A stretch of 64,000 nt of DNA from Planctomycetota bacterium (GCA_031409275.1 JANNXA010000040.1:128001-192000), one strand, 5' to 3'. Positions 48,087-58,607 are shown, numbered from the stretch's first letter. Numbers and translations: made by a program. The notes: a model not told the origin generated them from the sequence alone.

Positions 48087-49628
48087 TCAGCGGCGCTTGC
48101 GATTCTTCTTGCGGGCCTCTTTCTCGCGCTTGCGCGCCGCCCGCCGGCGCGCCTCGTCGTCTGGATCCTTGCTGACTGCTGCTTCCGAACCGCTGCTGCG
48201 CGACATCTTCGCGAGCAGTTCCTGCTGGCTGCGCAGGTCGCGCCCACCGCTGCCGGGCATCCCCTGCATCGCGCTGGCCATGTCCCCGCCGCCGCCGCTG
48301 AACATCTTGCCGAGCTTGCTCAGCATGCCGCCACCTTGGAAGCGCTTCATCATGTCGCGCATCTGCTCGTGCTGGCGGATCAGCTGATTCACCACCACGA
48401 TCTCGTTGCCCGAACCGCGGGCGACGCGACGGCGGCGGCCGGCGTCGAGCAGATCGGGACGGCGCCGCTCTTCCGGGGTCATCGAGAGGATGGCCGCCTC
48501 GACGCGGCCGAGCTCCTTCTCCTGCACTCCCGACTGTTCGAACGCCTGGCCGATCTGGCCCGGCATCATCTTCAAGATGCCCTTCAGCGGGCCCATCTTG
48601 CGGATCGCCCGCAGCTGGTTCAGGAAGTCGTCGAGGGTGAACTGCGCCTTCAGCAGGCGCTCGGCGGCCTCCTCGGCTTCGTCCTCGTCGAGGACCTCCT
48701 GCGCCTTCTCGACCAGGCTCACCACGTCGCCCATGCCGAGGATGCGCGACGCCATGCGATCGGCATGGAACTCGTCGAGGTCTTCGGGGCGCTCGCCGGT
48801 TCCCACGAACGCGATCGGTTTGCCGGTGACGTGCTTCACCGAGAGGGCGGCGCCGCCACGGGTGTCGCCGTCGAGCTTGGTGAGGATCACCGCGTCGAGG
48901 CGCAACTTGCCGTGGAACTCGCGCGCGCTGGCGTAAGCGTCCTGGCCCGCCATCGAGTCGCAGACGAGGTAGGTGGCGTTCGGCGCGGTGAGCTTCTCGA
49001 CGCGCGCCAGCTCGTCCATCAGCGGCCCGTCGATGTGCAGGCGGCCGGCCGTGTCGAGCAGGACGACGTCGTAGCCTTCCTTCTTGGCGCGGGCGACGGC
49101 GTTGGCGCAGATCTGCGGCGCGCGCTCCTCGTTGCCGGGCCCCTCTTCGGCGTAGACCGGCAGGTCGAGCGATTTGCCGAGCACCTGCAACTGCGTGATG
49201 GCGGCGGGTCGGCGCGTGTCGGCCGCGACCAGCAAAGGGCGACGGCCCTGGCGCTTCAGGCGCCGCGCGAGCTTCGCGGTGGTGGTCGTCTTTCCCGATC
49301 CCTGCAGACCCACCATCATCACGACGGCCGGCTGTCCGGCGATCAGCGGGATCTTCGGCGGCTCACCGCGCATCGTCTCGGTGAGCACGTCGGAGAAGAG
49401 CTTGATGATCTGCTCGGCCGGCTTGACCGAGGCGATCACTTCCTGCCCGACGGCACGCGCCGTCACCGTTTCGACGAGCGCGCGAGCGGCCTCGAAATGG
49501 ACGTCCGCTTCGAGGAGCGCCTTGCGGATCTCCTCGAGTCCATCACGGATGTTGTCGGCGGTGAGAAGGCGATCCTTCCCCCACTTGGAGAACACGCGCT
49601 GGAGGGCGTTGGAGAGCGACTCGAACAA
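48087..49628 (-). CDS. ffh: Signal recognition particle protein Ffh
   Basis: GLQGSGKTT, DTAGR, TKLDGDTRGG, RILGMGD, Met-rich M domain; TTG start inferred. Confidence 0.97.
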   Translation of the reverse strand: MFESLSNALQRVFSKWGKDRLLTADNIRDGLEEIRKALLEADVHFEAARALVETVTARAVGQEVIASVKPAEQIIKLFSDVLTETMRGEPPKIPLIAGQPAVVMMVGLQGSGKTTTTAKLARRLKRQGRRPLLVAADTRRPAAITQLQVLGKSLDLPVYAEEGPGNEERAPQICANAVARAKKEGYDVVLLDTAGRLHIDGPLMDELARVEKLTAPNATYLVCDSMAGQDAYASAREFHGKLRLDAVILTKLDGDTRGGAALSVKHVTGKPIAFVGTGERPEDLDEFHADRMASRILGMGDVVSLVEKAQEVLDEDEAEEAAERLLKAQFTLDDFLNQLRAIRKMGPLKGILKMMPGQIGQAFEQSGVQEKELGRVEAAILSMTPEERRRPDLLDAGRRRRVARGSGNEIVVVNQLIRQHEQMRDMMKRFQGGGMLSKLGKMFSGGGGDMASAMQGMPGSGGRDLRSQQELLAKMSRSSGSEAAVSKDPDDEARRRAARKREKEARKKNRKRR

Positions 49629-49780
49629 GCGGTCCTCGGAAGGCGGCAGGCGGCGCGGAAAAGGCGGGGGATGGTAGCGGGCTCTCCCGCGAGGGGGAAG
49701 GGAGCGCGCGCGCGACCGCCGCGAGCCGCCGCGGCTGGCCGCCCTTCTTTCACTTTGCACCGCCAAGTAGGATCGGCCGC

Positions 49781-50266
49781 ATGTGGACCCTCGCAGCCCT
49801 GCTCTTTCCCGCGCTGGCGCTGCCGCTCCTGCTGCAGTTCGCGGGTGCAGACCACCTGCCGTCGCTCCGGGTCCCAGCGCTCTGGCCGGTCGAGCTGTGG
49901 GTGATCGCGATCGCCGGCATCGTCGCCACCGGCGCGGGCGTCCTCGACTGGCGGTTCCATCGCGGCGGCCTCCGAACGGTGTCGCGCCCCGAGCGGCGCG
50001 CGGAGCTGATTGCGCTGGCGCTCGGCGCGCTCCTCTTCGTCCTGCTCGCCGCGGCCTCCGCCGGCGAGCCGCGTCCCGCCCTGGCCGTCCCGGTCGTCGC
50101 CATCGCCCTGACCACCGCCGGATTCATCGTGTTCGACGAGACGCGCTACCACCAACGCTGCGGGCGTTACGAGACGCTCCTCCACCGTCTCCTGGTCGGC
50201 GGCAACACGCTGGCGTTCCTCGCCTGGTTCCACTGGTGCTTCGTCCGAGTGGGCGCGCTTGCCTGA
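49781..50266 (+). CDS. Hypothetical membrane protein
   Basis: About 5 hydrophobic segments; FDETRYH and ETLLH motifs. Confidence 0.65.
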   Translation: MWTLAALLFPALALPLLLQFAGADHLPSLRVPALWPVELWVIAIAGIVATGAGVLDWRFHRGGLRTVSRPERRAELIALALGALLFVLLAAASAGEPRPALAVPVVAIALTTAGFIVFDETRYHQRCGRYETLLHRLLVGGNTLAFLAWFHWCFVRVGALA

Positions 50267-50861
50267 CGCGCGGTCGCTGCTGGTGGAGGCGGCGCGCTGG
50301 TACGACGAGCCGCGCCACGGGCTCGCGGCTGCCGCCAAGGGTGCCGCACGCGGGGGCTTCGCCAGCGGCGCCGAATGGATGCGCTTCGCGCTGGGAGCGA
50401 TCCGCGGGGCGCCACCGACTGGCGCCGCGCGCTTCCATCGCCTCGGGTTCGCCAAGTACGCGCTCTCGGCGGCCGCGGCGCTCGGAGCACTTTCCGCCGC
50501 GAGCTTCACGCGGATCGCCCTGCCGCAGTCGCGGCCGCTCGCCACCGTTCTGCTGCTGCTGCCGTTCGCGATCGTCGCGTTCTACGCGGTCGAGAGTCGC
50601 TTCGTCTTCGCCTTCCCGTGCGCGCTCGATGGCCATCGCGCGCCGTTGCGTGAGAGTGCTGCGATGGTGGCGCGCTCGATGGCGCCGCTCGCCGCGATCG
50701 CGACCGTGATGCGGATCGCGGCCGCAATGGTCGGCGGCGGAGTGGTCGGCCGCGGCTTCCTGCGCAGCTGGAGCATCGGCTGCCTCGCCGTGCTGCTCTG
50801 GTACGAGCAGGCGCGCCGCGTGGCAGCGAGCGCTGCGAGCGGCGGCGCGGTGTCGTCGTGA
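50259..50861 (+). CDS. Hypothetical membrane protein
   Basis: Hydrophobic segments; overlaps both neighbours. Confidence 0.6.
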   Translation: MPDARSLLVEAARWYDEPRHGLAAAAKGAARGGFASGAEWMRFALGAIRGAPPTGAARFHRLGFAKYALSAAAALGALSAASFTRIALPQSRPLATVLLLLPFAIVAFYAVESRFVFAFPCALDGHRAPLRESAAMVARSMAPLAAIATVMRIAAAMVGGGVVGRGFLRSWSIGCLAVLLWYEQARRVAASAASGGAVSS

Positions 50862-51610
50862 TCGCCGGCTTCGAGTTCTGGAATCGCGGTCCGTTGCTGC
50901 TGCGCGAGGAGCGCGTGACGAGCCGCGCCGCGACGCAAGGCAGCGCTGCGTGGACGCTCCTCTACGCGAGCGATCTTCATCTGACGGCGCGGCGCGGCGC
51001 ACGCTTCGAGTCGCTCCTCGCCGCGCTCGTCGACCAGACGCGAGCGGCGCGGCCCGACGTCGTGCTGCTCGGCGGCGACCTCGTCGACTCGCGCGCGGGC
51101 AGCGAGGCGCTGGCCGAGTGCGTGCGCCGGCTCGCCGAATTCGCGCCGGTGGCGGCGGTGGCCGGCAACCACGACGCCGCCGCCGGGCTGGCGTCCGTGC
51201 GCGCCGCGGTCGGCGCCGGCGGCGGCCACTGGTTGCACGACGCGCCCCTCGCGCTGGCGAGCGGCGGCCGACGGCCGTTGCTCTGCGCCGCCGTCGCCGA
51301 CGACGCCGCGGAGGCCACTGCGGCCCTTGACGCCAGCGCGCTGCGCGTCCTTGTCGGCCACCACCCCAACGCAGCGGCCGCCGCTGCGCGCGGTGGCTTC
51401 GACGTCGCCTTCGCCGGCCACCTGCATGGCGGCCAGTGCGTCCTTTGGCAGCGTGGAACGCACCTCTATCCGGGAGCCTTCTTCAGCCGCTGGAACGGTC
51501 TGCGTTTCGCACTCGGCAGCGCGACGCTGCTGGTGAGTCGCGGTGTCGCCGACACGTTGCCGGTGCGCTTCCGTTGTCCGCGCGAGGTCGTGCGATGCCA
51601 GCTGACGTGA
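50858..51610 (+). CDS. Calcineurin-like metallophosphoesterase (YkuE-like)
   Basis: SDLH, GGDLVD, GNHD, HHP, GHLHGGQ. Confidence 0.9.
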   Translation: MIAGFEFWNRGPLLLREERVTSRAATQGSAAWTLLYASDLHLTARRGARFESLLAALVDQTRAARPDVVLLGGDLVDSRAGSEALAECVRRLAEFAPVAAVAGNHDAAAGLASVRAAVGAGGGHWLHDAPLALASGGRRPLLCAAVADDAAEATAALDASALRVLVGHHPNAAAAAARGGFDVAFAGHLHGGQCVLWQRGTHLYPGAFFSRWNGLRFALGSATLLVSRGVADTLPVRFRCPREVVRCQLT

Positions 51611-52629
51611 ACCAACCCGAGACCGCACCCGAAAGCTCGTCTTGGCGCGAACGGCAGCAGGAGCGCATCGAAGCGAACCGCCCGACGCCGAGCCGCAGCG
51701 AGCAGTTCGTCGGAATGCTGTTGCTCGTGATCTTCGCCCTCGCCGCGACCGTCGGAACGTCGCTCGTCCTCGGCGGCGCCGACATCGGAGGCGCGATCAC
51801 GCTCGGCCTGCCGATCGCGCTCGGCATCGCGGCGGGGCTCCTCGCGCGCGACCTGGGCAGGATCCTCTTGATCCTCATCGTGGCGACACTCATCGGCGTC
51901 GTCCTCGTGACGCTGCTCTCCGCCAAGGAGATCGGCCCCTTCTGCGCGTGCGTCTACGGGACGCTGGCATTCACGCCCGCGTTCCTCGTTGCTCTCGCGA
52001 CGCTCTCGTTGCGGCGCTGGCAGCGGCGCCGCAGACACACGAAGCGAACCGCACGCAGCAACGCGCTCCTCTTGATTGGTGCCTTCGCGCTCCCGCTCGT
52101 ATGGCGCGCCGCGGAGCGCACTTGGCCGCCGGCCCACGCTCCCGAATCGATGGAAGCCGTGCGCGTCGTTGACGCGCCGCTCGAAGCCGTTTGGGAGAGC
52201 CGTCTCGCGTTCCCCAACGCGGGAACGCTCGCCGCGGAAGCGATCCACGCGCCGCTGCCGCGCGGTTCCGACGGGTGCGCCCATGCCGTCGGCGACGTCA
52301 AGCGGCTGCTCTTCAGCAAAGGAGCGATCATCGTCCGGATCGTGCGCGTCGAAGCGGGCCGCGAGTTCGTCGCCGAAGTGATCGAGCAGACCGTCGAGCA
52401 GCGCGCGCTGCGGATCGAAACGGTGACGCTCGCGTGCGAGCCGCTGGCGTCGGGCCGCACGCAGCTGCGCGTGCGAATCGACTTCACGCCGCTCATGGGG
52501 CCGCGCTGGTACTGGCGCCCGTTCGAACGTTGGTTCGGCGCGATCACGTTCGACGCTCTGCTCGACGGCTGGGAGCGCGCAGCCGAGTCGTCGTCACCCC
52601 CGGCTGCGCAGGCTCACGCGCCGCCGTGA
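51607..52629 (+). CDS. Membrane protein with a C-terminal SRPBCC-like domain
   Basis: About 5 TM helices then VDAPLEAVW...PRWYWRP; GTG overlaps the upstream stop. Confidence 0.65.
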   Translation: MNQPETAPESSSWRERQQERIEANRPTPSRSEQFVGMLLLVIFALAATVGTSLVLGGADIGGAITLGLPIALGIAAGLLARDLGRILLILIVATLIGVVLVTLLSAKEIGPFCACVYGTLAFTPAFLVALATLSLRRWQRRRRHTKRTARSNALLLIGAFALPLVWRAAERTWPPAHAPESMEAVRVVDAPLEAVWESRLAFPNAGTLAAEAIHAPLPRGSDGCAHAVGDVKRLLFSKGAIIVRIVRVEAGREFVAEVIEQTVEQRALRIETVTLACEPLASGRTQLRVRIDFTPLMGPRWYWRPFERWFGAITFDALLDGWERAAESSSPPAAQAHAPP

Positions 52630-52660
52630 GCGCGCACGGTCGCGGCGGAGGGCGAACGGA

Positions 52661-53968
52661 TCAGCCGCCCGCCCCCGCCGCCATCGCCAACCCCGGGCTC
52701 TCGCCCGCGCGCCGCTCGATGCGCGCGCCCAGAAGCCGCAACCGCTCGTCGATCCGCTCGTAGCCGCGGTCGATGTGATAGACGCGGTCGACTGTCGTCT
52801 CGCCTTCCGCGGCGAGTCCTGCCAGCACCAGCGCCGCCGAACCGCGCAGATCGGACGCCATGACCGGCGCGCCCGAGAGCTTGGCGACGCCTTCGACCAG
52901 CGCGGTCGCCCCTTCCTTGCGGATGCGGGCGCCCATGCGATGCAACTCGGCGACGTGGATGAAGCGGTCGGCGTAGATCCGCTCGTGGATCATGCTGATG
53001 CCGTCCGCCGTCGTGAGCAGCGCCATCATCTGCGCCTGGAGGTCGGTCGGGAATCCGGGGTAGGGCAGCGTGGTCACGTCGATCGGCTTCAGCCGGCGCG
53101 GCGCGGCGACGCGCAACCAGTCGCTGCCGGTCGCCACTTCGCAACCGGCGGCGCGCAGTCGCTCGATCAGAGCGAGGAGGTGGCGCGGCTCGCAGCCACG
53201 CACGGTGAGGTCCCCTTTGGTCATCGCGGCCGCGATCGCGAAGGTGCCCGCTTCGATGCGATCCGGAATGACGGAGTGCTCGACGCCGTGCAGCTTGTCG
53301 ACGCCGACGATGCGCAGGCAGTGGCTGCCGATGCCATCGATCTGCGCGCCCATCTTCGCCAGCACGTGGCAGAGATCGACGACCTCCGGCTCCTGCGCGG
53401 CGTTCTCCAGCAACGTCTCGCCTTCGGCGAGCGTCGCCGCCATGACGACGTTGGCGGTTCCGAGCACCGTCGAACCGGCGCTCGATCCGAGGAAGAGCGT
53501 GCCGCCGCGCAGTCGCGGCGAACTCGCTTCGACGTACCCCGAACGCACGTCGATGGTGGCGCCGAGCGCCTCCATGCCTTTCAGGTGCAGATCGATCGGA
53601 CGCACGCCGATGACGCAACCGCCCGGCATCGAGACGCGCGCCCGTTTGCGCTTGGCGAGCAGCGGGCCGAGCACGCAGATGCTCGCGCGCATCGTCTTCA
53701 TCAGCTCGTAGGGCGCCGTGATCGGCGTCTCGTCATCGGAGCGGATGCGCAGCAATCCCTGCTTCTCGTCGTGCAGCACGCGCGCGCCGAGCGACTGCAG
53801 GACCTTCACCTGCGAGGCGACGTCGCGCAAGCGCGGAACGCGCCGGATCACGACCTCTTCGTCGGTGAGCAGCGCTGCCGCCATGATCGGCAGCACCGAG
53901 TTCTTCGCGCCGCCGACCAGCACGTCGCCGGTCAGGCGATGCCCGCCCTGGATGATGAAGCGTTCCAC
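52661..53968 (-). CDS. murA: UDP-N-acetylglucosamine 1-carboxyvinyltransferase
   Basis: GAKNS, MRASI, PGGC.IG.RPIDLH, PGFPTDLQ, DLRG, HIDRGYE. Confidence 0.97.
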   Translation of the reverse strand: MERFIIQGGHRLTGDVLVGGAKNSVLPIMAAALLTDEEVVIRRVPRLRDVASQVKVLQSLGARVLHDEKQGLLRIRSDDETPITAPYELMKTMRASICVLGPLLAKRKRARVSMPGGCVIGVRPIDLHLKGMEALGATIDVRSGYVEASSPRLRGGTLFLGSSAGSTVLGTANVVMAATLAEGETLLENAAQEPEVVDLCHVLAKMGAQIDGIGSHCLRIVGVDKLHGVEHSVIPDRIEAGTFAIAAAMTKGDLTVRGCEPRHLLALIERLRAAGCEVATGSDWLRVAAPRRLKPIDVTTLPYPGFPTDLQAQMMALLTTADGISMIHERIYADRFIHVAELHRMGARIRKEGATALVEGVAKLSGAPVMASDLRGSAALVLAGLAAEGETTVDRVYHIDRGYERIDERLRLLGARIERRAGESPGLAMAAGAGG

Positions 53969-54037
53969 GCTCTCCCCCTCCCCGTTGGATCTCGAGCGCG
54001 CCACCCCCACCGCCAAGCAGGGGTCAGCGCGCGCCGT

Positions 54038-54919
54038 TCAGCGGGAGCCGCGTTTCACGATCCACTCACGCCAGAGCTGGATCGATCGCGCGCGCACCGC
54101 CGGTTCCGCCTCGGCCTCGAATCCCACGTCGAAGCCGGCCAGTGAGACTAGCGCCTCGTCGGCATCGTCTCGCACCATGCTCTCTTCGTGATCCAGCAGC
54201 GGCAGCAAGTCGGCCAGCACCGAAGGGTCGCGCAGCAACGACACGGTGTGCAGCAGGAGGCTCGCGACATGCGGCTCGCTGCGGCGGGCCTCGGCGACGA
54301 GTCGCGCGGAGAGCCCGGCCGGCTTCTGTTCCGCGAGCAGCACCGCCCAGCCGAACAGCGCCTTCTTGAGGCGCGACTTCGCCGTCCACACCACGACATC
54401 GGCGATCGGCACCGACCGCTCGCTGCAGAACGCGGCCAAGCGAGCCGCGGCGCGCGCGCGGTAGCGAGCCACCGGCGAAGCGCAGAGGCCGACGAGGCCA
54501 GCGATCGCGGCATCGGGCTGTGCGGCGAGGTCGGCATCGCTGCGGTCGAGCCACGACGGGTCGGGCTTCAGCTCCGGCTCGAGGTCCTGGCGCGGGCCGT
54601 AGACGTGGAGCGTGTCGCCCACCCGCTCGTACTCCGCCACCTGAGCGATGCTCGACTCGATCACCTCCGCCGCCGCCTCCGGGGCGAGCAACCCACCACC
54701 CTCCGGATCCTCCTCGAGGGGGATGCCGCGGCCGCGAAGCCCGGCGGCGAGCGCGGTCAGCGTTCCTCCGGGGGCGACGATCCGGACCATCCGCGTCGCG
54801 GCGGCGGCCTGGAGCGCGCGATCATGCGTCGCGAGGTCGGCGACGAGGTCGCTTTCGCAATCGGCACAGCGGACGATGGTCGCCCGATATTCCTGGCGGC
54901 ACTTGGGACACCACGGCAT
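54038..54919 (-). CDS. Zinc-ribbon plus HEAT-like hypothetical protein
   Basis: MPWCPKCRQEY...CADC; C-terminal LLPLLDHEESMVRDDADEAL. Confidence 0.7.
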   Translation of the reverse strand: MPWCPKCRQEYRATIVRCADCESDLVADLATHDRALQAAAATRMVRIVAPGGTLTALAAGLRGRGIPLEEDPEGGGLLAPEAAAEVIESSIAQVAEYERVGDTLHVYGPRQDLEPELKPDPSWLDRSDADLAAQPDAAIAGLVGLCASPVARYRARAAARLAAFCSERSVPIADVVVWTAKSRLKKALFGWAVLLAEQKPAGLSARLVAEARRSEPHVASLLLHTVSLLRDPSVLADLLPLLDHEESMVRDDADEALVSLAGFDVGFEAEAEPAVRARSIQLWREWIVKRGSR

Positions 54920-55069
54920 CGCTCGTCTCCCCGTTGACTTGACTCGCAAGGCGGCGCCGGTAGCTTGCCCCGGTTTTCCGCTGGAAGGTGCGCGGCGCAA
55001 CGCAACCACTGCCCGCCCGCGACCGCCTCTCCCCGCGCTTCCCGTCTGCTCTTTCGGAGGATCGCATCG

Positions 55070-56374
55070 ATGCCGAGCTTGGACTCCGCCCCGAAGCTCG
55101 CCACCCAGCCCCCGGCCACCATCGAAGAACTCGAAGCCGCGCGCACCCACGTGCTCGGCGAGAGCGACTTCTATCGTGGCTACGAGACCTCTTTCTATGA
55201 GGCAGTTCCAGCCGAGCCGGGCGACGACCCCACCAAGCTCAAGGCCGCGATCGGTCGCTTCCTGCTTGGCCAGGAAGCGCGCGCGCTCGAACTGCTCGGC
55301 CAGCAGAAGAACGAACTCGCCTTCTACATCCGCGCCAGGATCTACCTCGGCCGCGGCGACTGCCAGCGCGCGTTGAAAGAGATCGCGCCGATCGCCGACA
55401 AGAAGCAGAACTGCCTGCCCGCTCAGCGGGTGCGCGCCGATGCGGCGGCGCAGATCGGCGACGTCGCGCTCGTGGAGAAGGCGGGCAAGGAGATCCAGCG
55501 CCACCACGGCGACAGCGCCGACGCCTCCTACGTCGTCGGGCTGCAGCGCGAACTCGACGGCGAGTACGACGAGGCGGTCCGCTCCTGGCAACAGGCGCTG
55601 GCGATCGACCCGACCCACTCGGGCGCGCTCTTCCGCCTCGGCTACCACCAGGCGCTGCGCGGCGACACCGAAACGGCAATCGACCTCTACGAGCGCCTCT
55701 GCAACCAGAAGCCGGCCCCGGTCGGCGCGCTGCTGAACCTCGGGATCCTGTTCGAGGACGAAGAGGACTACCAGCTCGCGCGCAACTGCTTCCAGCGCAT
55801 CCTCGACTTCGATCCGAACCACCCGCGCGCGCGCCTCTACCTGCAGGACGTCAGCGCCAGCTCGTCGCAGTACTACGACGAAGAGAAGCGGCGGAACGAG
55901 GACAAGCACGCGGCGGTGCTCGGCATCCCGGTCACCGATTTCGAGCTCTCGGTTCGCTCGCGCAACTGCCTCGCGAACATGAACGTGCGCTCGCTCGGCG
56001 ACCTCATCTCGCTCAGCGAGCCGGAACTGCTCGCCTTCAAGAACTTCGGCGAGACGTCGCTGACCGAGATCAAGCAGATCCTGAATCAGAAGGGGCTGAC
56101 GCTCGGGATGCTGCCGCCGAAGCCCGACGCCAACATCGGCCTGCGGGCGCTCGAAGGCGTCGATCGCAGCACCGCCATCCACAAGCCGGTCGGCGACCTC
56201 GACCTCTCCGTCCGGTCGCGGCGGGCGCTCGACACGCTCGGCGTGCGCTCGCTCGGCGAGCTGATCGGGTTGTCGGAACAGCAACTGCTCGCGTGCAAGA
56301 ACTTCGGCCAGACGTCGCTGATGGAGCTGAAGAAGAAGCTCGAAGCGTACGGGCTCGTGCTGAAGGCGGACTGA
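55070..56374 (+). CDS. TPR protein with two RNA polymerase alpha C-terminal domains
   Basis: TPR repeats, then ELSVRSRNCL...KNFGETSL.EI and DLSVRSRRAL...KNFGQTSL.EL; GGAGG RBS. Confidence 0.9.
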   Translation: MPSLDSAPKLATQPPATIEELEAARTHVLGESDFYRGYETSFYEAVPAEPGDDPTKLKAAIGRFLLGQEARALELLGQQKNELAFYIRARIYLGRGDCQRALKEIAPIADKKQNCLPAQRVRADAAAQIGDVALVEKAGKEIQRHHGDSADASYVVGLQRELDGEYDEAVRSWQQALAIDPTHSGALFRLGYHQALRGDTETAIDLYERLCNQKPAPVGALLNLGILFEDEEDYQLARNCFQRILDFDPNHPRARLYLQDVSASSSQYYDEEKRRNEDKHAAVLGIPVTDFELSVRSRNCLANMNVRSLGDLISLSEPELLAFKNFGETSLTEIKQILNQKGLTLGMLPPKPDANIGLRALEGVDRSTAIHKPVGDLDLSVRSRRALDTLGVRSLGELIGLSEQQLLACKNFGQTSLMELKKKLEAYGLVLKAD

Positions 56375-56384
56375 CCGCGACGAC

Positions 56385-56966
56385 GTGTTCGACTTCCTGC
56401 GAGGCGAAGTCGCGCGCAAGAGTCCGGGCGAGGTGGTGGTCGACGTCCACGGCGTCGGCTACCTCCTCTCCATCTCGGCGCAGTGCTACGCGGCGTTGCC
56501 AACGCGCGGCGCCGCGACCCTGCTGGTCCACGTCCACACCAACGACTCGGGCACGCGCCTGTTCGGTTTCGTCGACGAACAGGAGCGCCTGCTGTTCCGG
56601 CAGCTGCAAGGCGTGCGCGGCATCGGGCCGTCGGTGGCGCTCACGCTCCTCTCGCACGAGACGCCCGACGCGCTCGCGGGCCGCATCCGTGCCGGCGACG
56701 TGAAGGGGCTCACCCGCATCAAGGGGATCGGCACCAAGACGGCCGAGCGGCTCGTCCTCGAGCTGAAGGACGTGGTCGCACCGGGCCTGATCGCGACGCT
56801 GCCGGCTTCGCAGGAAGATTCGTTGCTGCGCGCGCTGCAGAGCCTCGGGCTCGATTCCGGCGAAGCGCTCGCCCGCACTCGCGCCGTCCTCGCCCAGCAC
56901 CCCGCCGACGCCTCGCTCGAAGTCTTGCTGCGCGCGGCGCTGAAGAGTCGCAGCGCCGGCCGCTGA
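56385..56966 (+). CDS. ruvA: Holliday junction branch migration protein RuvA
   Basis: VVDVHGVGY, LFGF, V.GIGP..A, I.GIG.KTAERLVLELKD. Confidence 0.95.
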   Translation: MFDFLRGEVARKSPGEVVVDVHGVGYLLSISAQCYAALPTRGAATLLVHVHTNDSGTRLFGFVDEQERLLFRQLQGVRGIGPSVALTLLSHETPDALAGRIRAGDVKGLTRIKGIGTKTAERLVLELKDVVAPGLIATLPASQEDSLLRALQSLGLDSGEALARTRAVLAQHPADASLEVLLRAALKSRSAGR

Positions 56967-57233
56967 CGGCAGACCTCGAGCTCGCCGGCGTTCGCCCCCG
57001 GGAAGCGCGCCGGACGCAAGCTTGGAGGGCCGACCAGCCGATTCAGCCGAGGCGGTCGCATTCGGGCGACCGCACTGGCGCGAGGGCTGCGACCGTGCGC
57101 GACTACTGCGTGCGTCACCACGTCCGACTCCGAGTGATTTATGGACGTGACCGGGCCAGCGGCACCGGGGCGTATCATCCGCCCCTCGCCGACTCCCGGC
57201 GATCCGCCCCATCGGCGCAAGGAACGCTGAACG

Positions 57234-58607
57234 ATGGCTCGAGCGATCCACTTCGCGTTGCCCTGGCTGCTCTGCTGCAGCCCCGCTCCCGCGCAGGCGG
57301 CGCCCGCTTCTGACCCAGCGGCGGCGCCGCCGGCTCCCGCGACCGCCGGTTCCGATGGCCCGCGCGGACTGCTCGGCGTCGCCGAAGCGGAGTCCGCCCG
57401 ATCGGCGCGCGTGATGCGCGAACGAATCCTGGTGATGCTGCGCAACTTCACCACGCAGAAAGAGACCGCCGCGGATCGCGGCAAGGGCTTCCTCGACAAC
57501 GTCGTCCTGCTCGGCCCCGACGCCGTTCCGCTGCTGCTTGAAGTGATGCACGAAGTCGACAAGGGAACGAGCGATGCCGCCTTCGCCGGCGCCGCCGCGC
57601 GCGCTCTCTGCGGAATCTTCCAGCGCACGCACACGAAGTCGATCCTGGCGAGCCTCGGCGACACCGTGCGCGACGGCGGCCCGGCCGTGAAGTCGGGAAC
57701 GCTCGAGGGACTCGAGCAGCTCGACCACCCGCAAGTGATCGAGATCGTTGCGCCGCTCCTCGAGTCGACCGATCCGGCGCTGCGCAGTCGCGCGGTCCGC
57801 GTGCTCGGTCGCCAGACGTCGAGCGCGGAACTCGTCGGCGGCCTGCTGCGTCCGCTCCTGCAACAGCAAGGGGCGCCATGGACCGAAGTCGTGCAGGCTC
57901 TCCACGCGCTTGGCGATGGCGGAGCGCTCGATGCGGCGCATCAGTTCCTCAGCAAGAGCGAGGACTCGAGCCTCCTGCTCGCGTGCGTGCGCTACGTCGC
58001 CGACGTCGGTGGCCGCGCCACCATCGCGCCGCTGCGCGCGGTGCTCCTGCGCAGCGGCGGCAACCTCCCCGAGACGTTGCTCAAGCAGGCGGTCGATGCG
58101 GCGCAGTCGATCGGCCTGCGCGAAACGGACGCTCACAGCGGCGTCGAGGAGCTGCTCCTCGAAGTCTTCAAGAAGCTCCGCGAAACGCGCAAGGCGGTCA
58201 GCGACTACGCGCTGCGCCAGCTCGGACCGTTCGGCACGGAAGAGGCTTTGAAGACCCTCGAGGACGCGATCGACGACGCCATCGCGATCAACAAGCGGAT
58301 CGGCCAGCCCAATACGAGCCGCTACCTCGAGCTCGCCGAGGATCGACTGCAGTTCAGCGCGTGGAGCCGCGCGATCGACGCGCTCAATCGCGCGCGCGAT
58401 GAGGACAAGAAGGGGCTGCGCACCAGCGACATCGAGGGGTTGCGTGCCGTCGCTCACTGCGGCCAGGGCAAGTTCACGGCCGCCGAAAAGATCCTGCAGA
58501 CGCTCAACTTCGACCAGCGGCTCGACCTGCTGCAGCGCTTCAAGGTGCTGGAGAAGATGGCCAAGGATTCGCGCTTCAAGGGCCTCTTCCCGCCGCCGGC
58601 CCGCTGA
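57234..58607 (+). CDS. Secreted HEAT-repeat protein
   Basis: Signal-like N-terminus; HEAT-like helices (PLLESTDPALRSRAVRVLG). Confidence 0.7.
   Translation: MARAIHFALPWLLCCSPAPAQAAPASDPAAAPPAPATAGSDGPRGLLGVAEAESARSARVMRERILVMLRNFTTQKETAADRGKGFLDNVVLLGPDAVPLLLEVMHEVDKGTSDAAFAGAAARALCGIFQRTHTKSILASLGDTVRDGGPAVKSGTLEGLEQLDHPQVIEIVAPLLESTDPALRSRAVRVLGRQTSSAELVGGLLRPLLQQQGAPWTEVVQALHALGDGGALDAAHQFLSKSEDSSLLLACVRYVADVGGRATIAPLRAVLLRSGGNLPETLLKQAVDAAQSIGLRETDAHSGVEELLLEVFKKLRETRKAVSDYALRQLGPFGTEEALKTLEDAIDDAIAINKRIGQPNTSRYLELAEDRLQFSAWSRAIDALNRARDEDKKGLRTSDIEGLRAVAHCGQGKFTAAEKILQTLNFDQRLDLLQRFKVLEKMAKDSRFKGLFPPPAR

Noticed and set aside
49630..49780. Possible SRP RNA upstream of ffh
   Set aside because: GC-rich hairpin potential only; the conserved SRP domain IV motif was not seen
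55070..56374. Calling this gene rpoA
   Set aside because: Lacks the alpha N-terminal assembly domain; has TPRs and two CTDs instead
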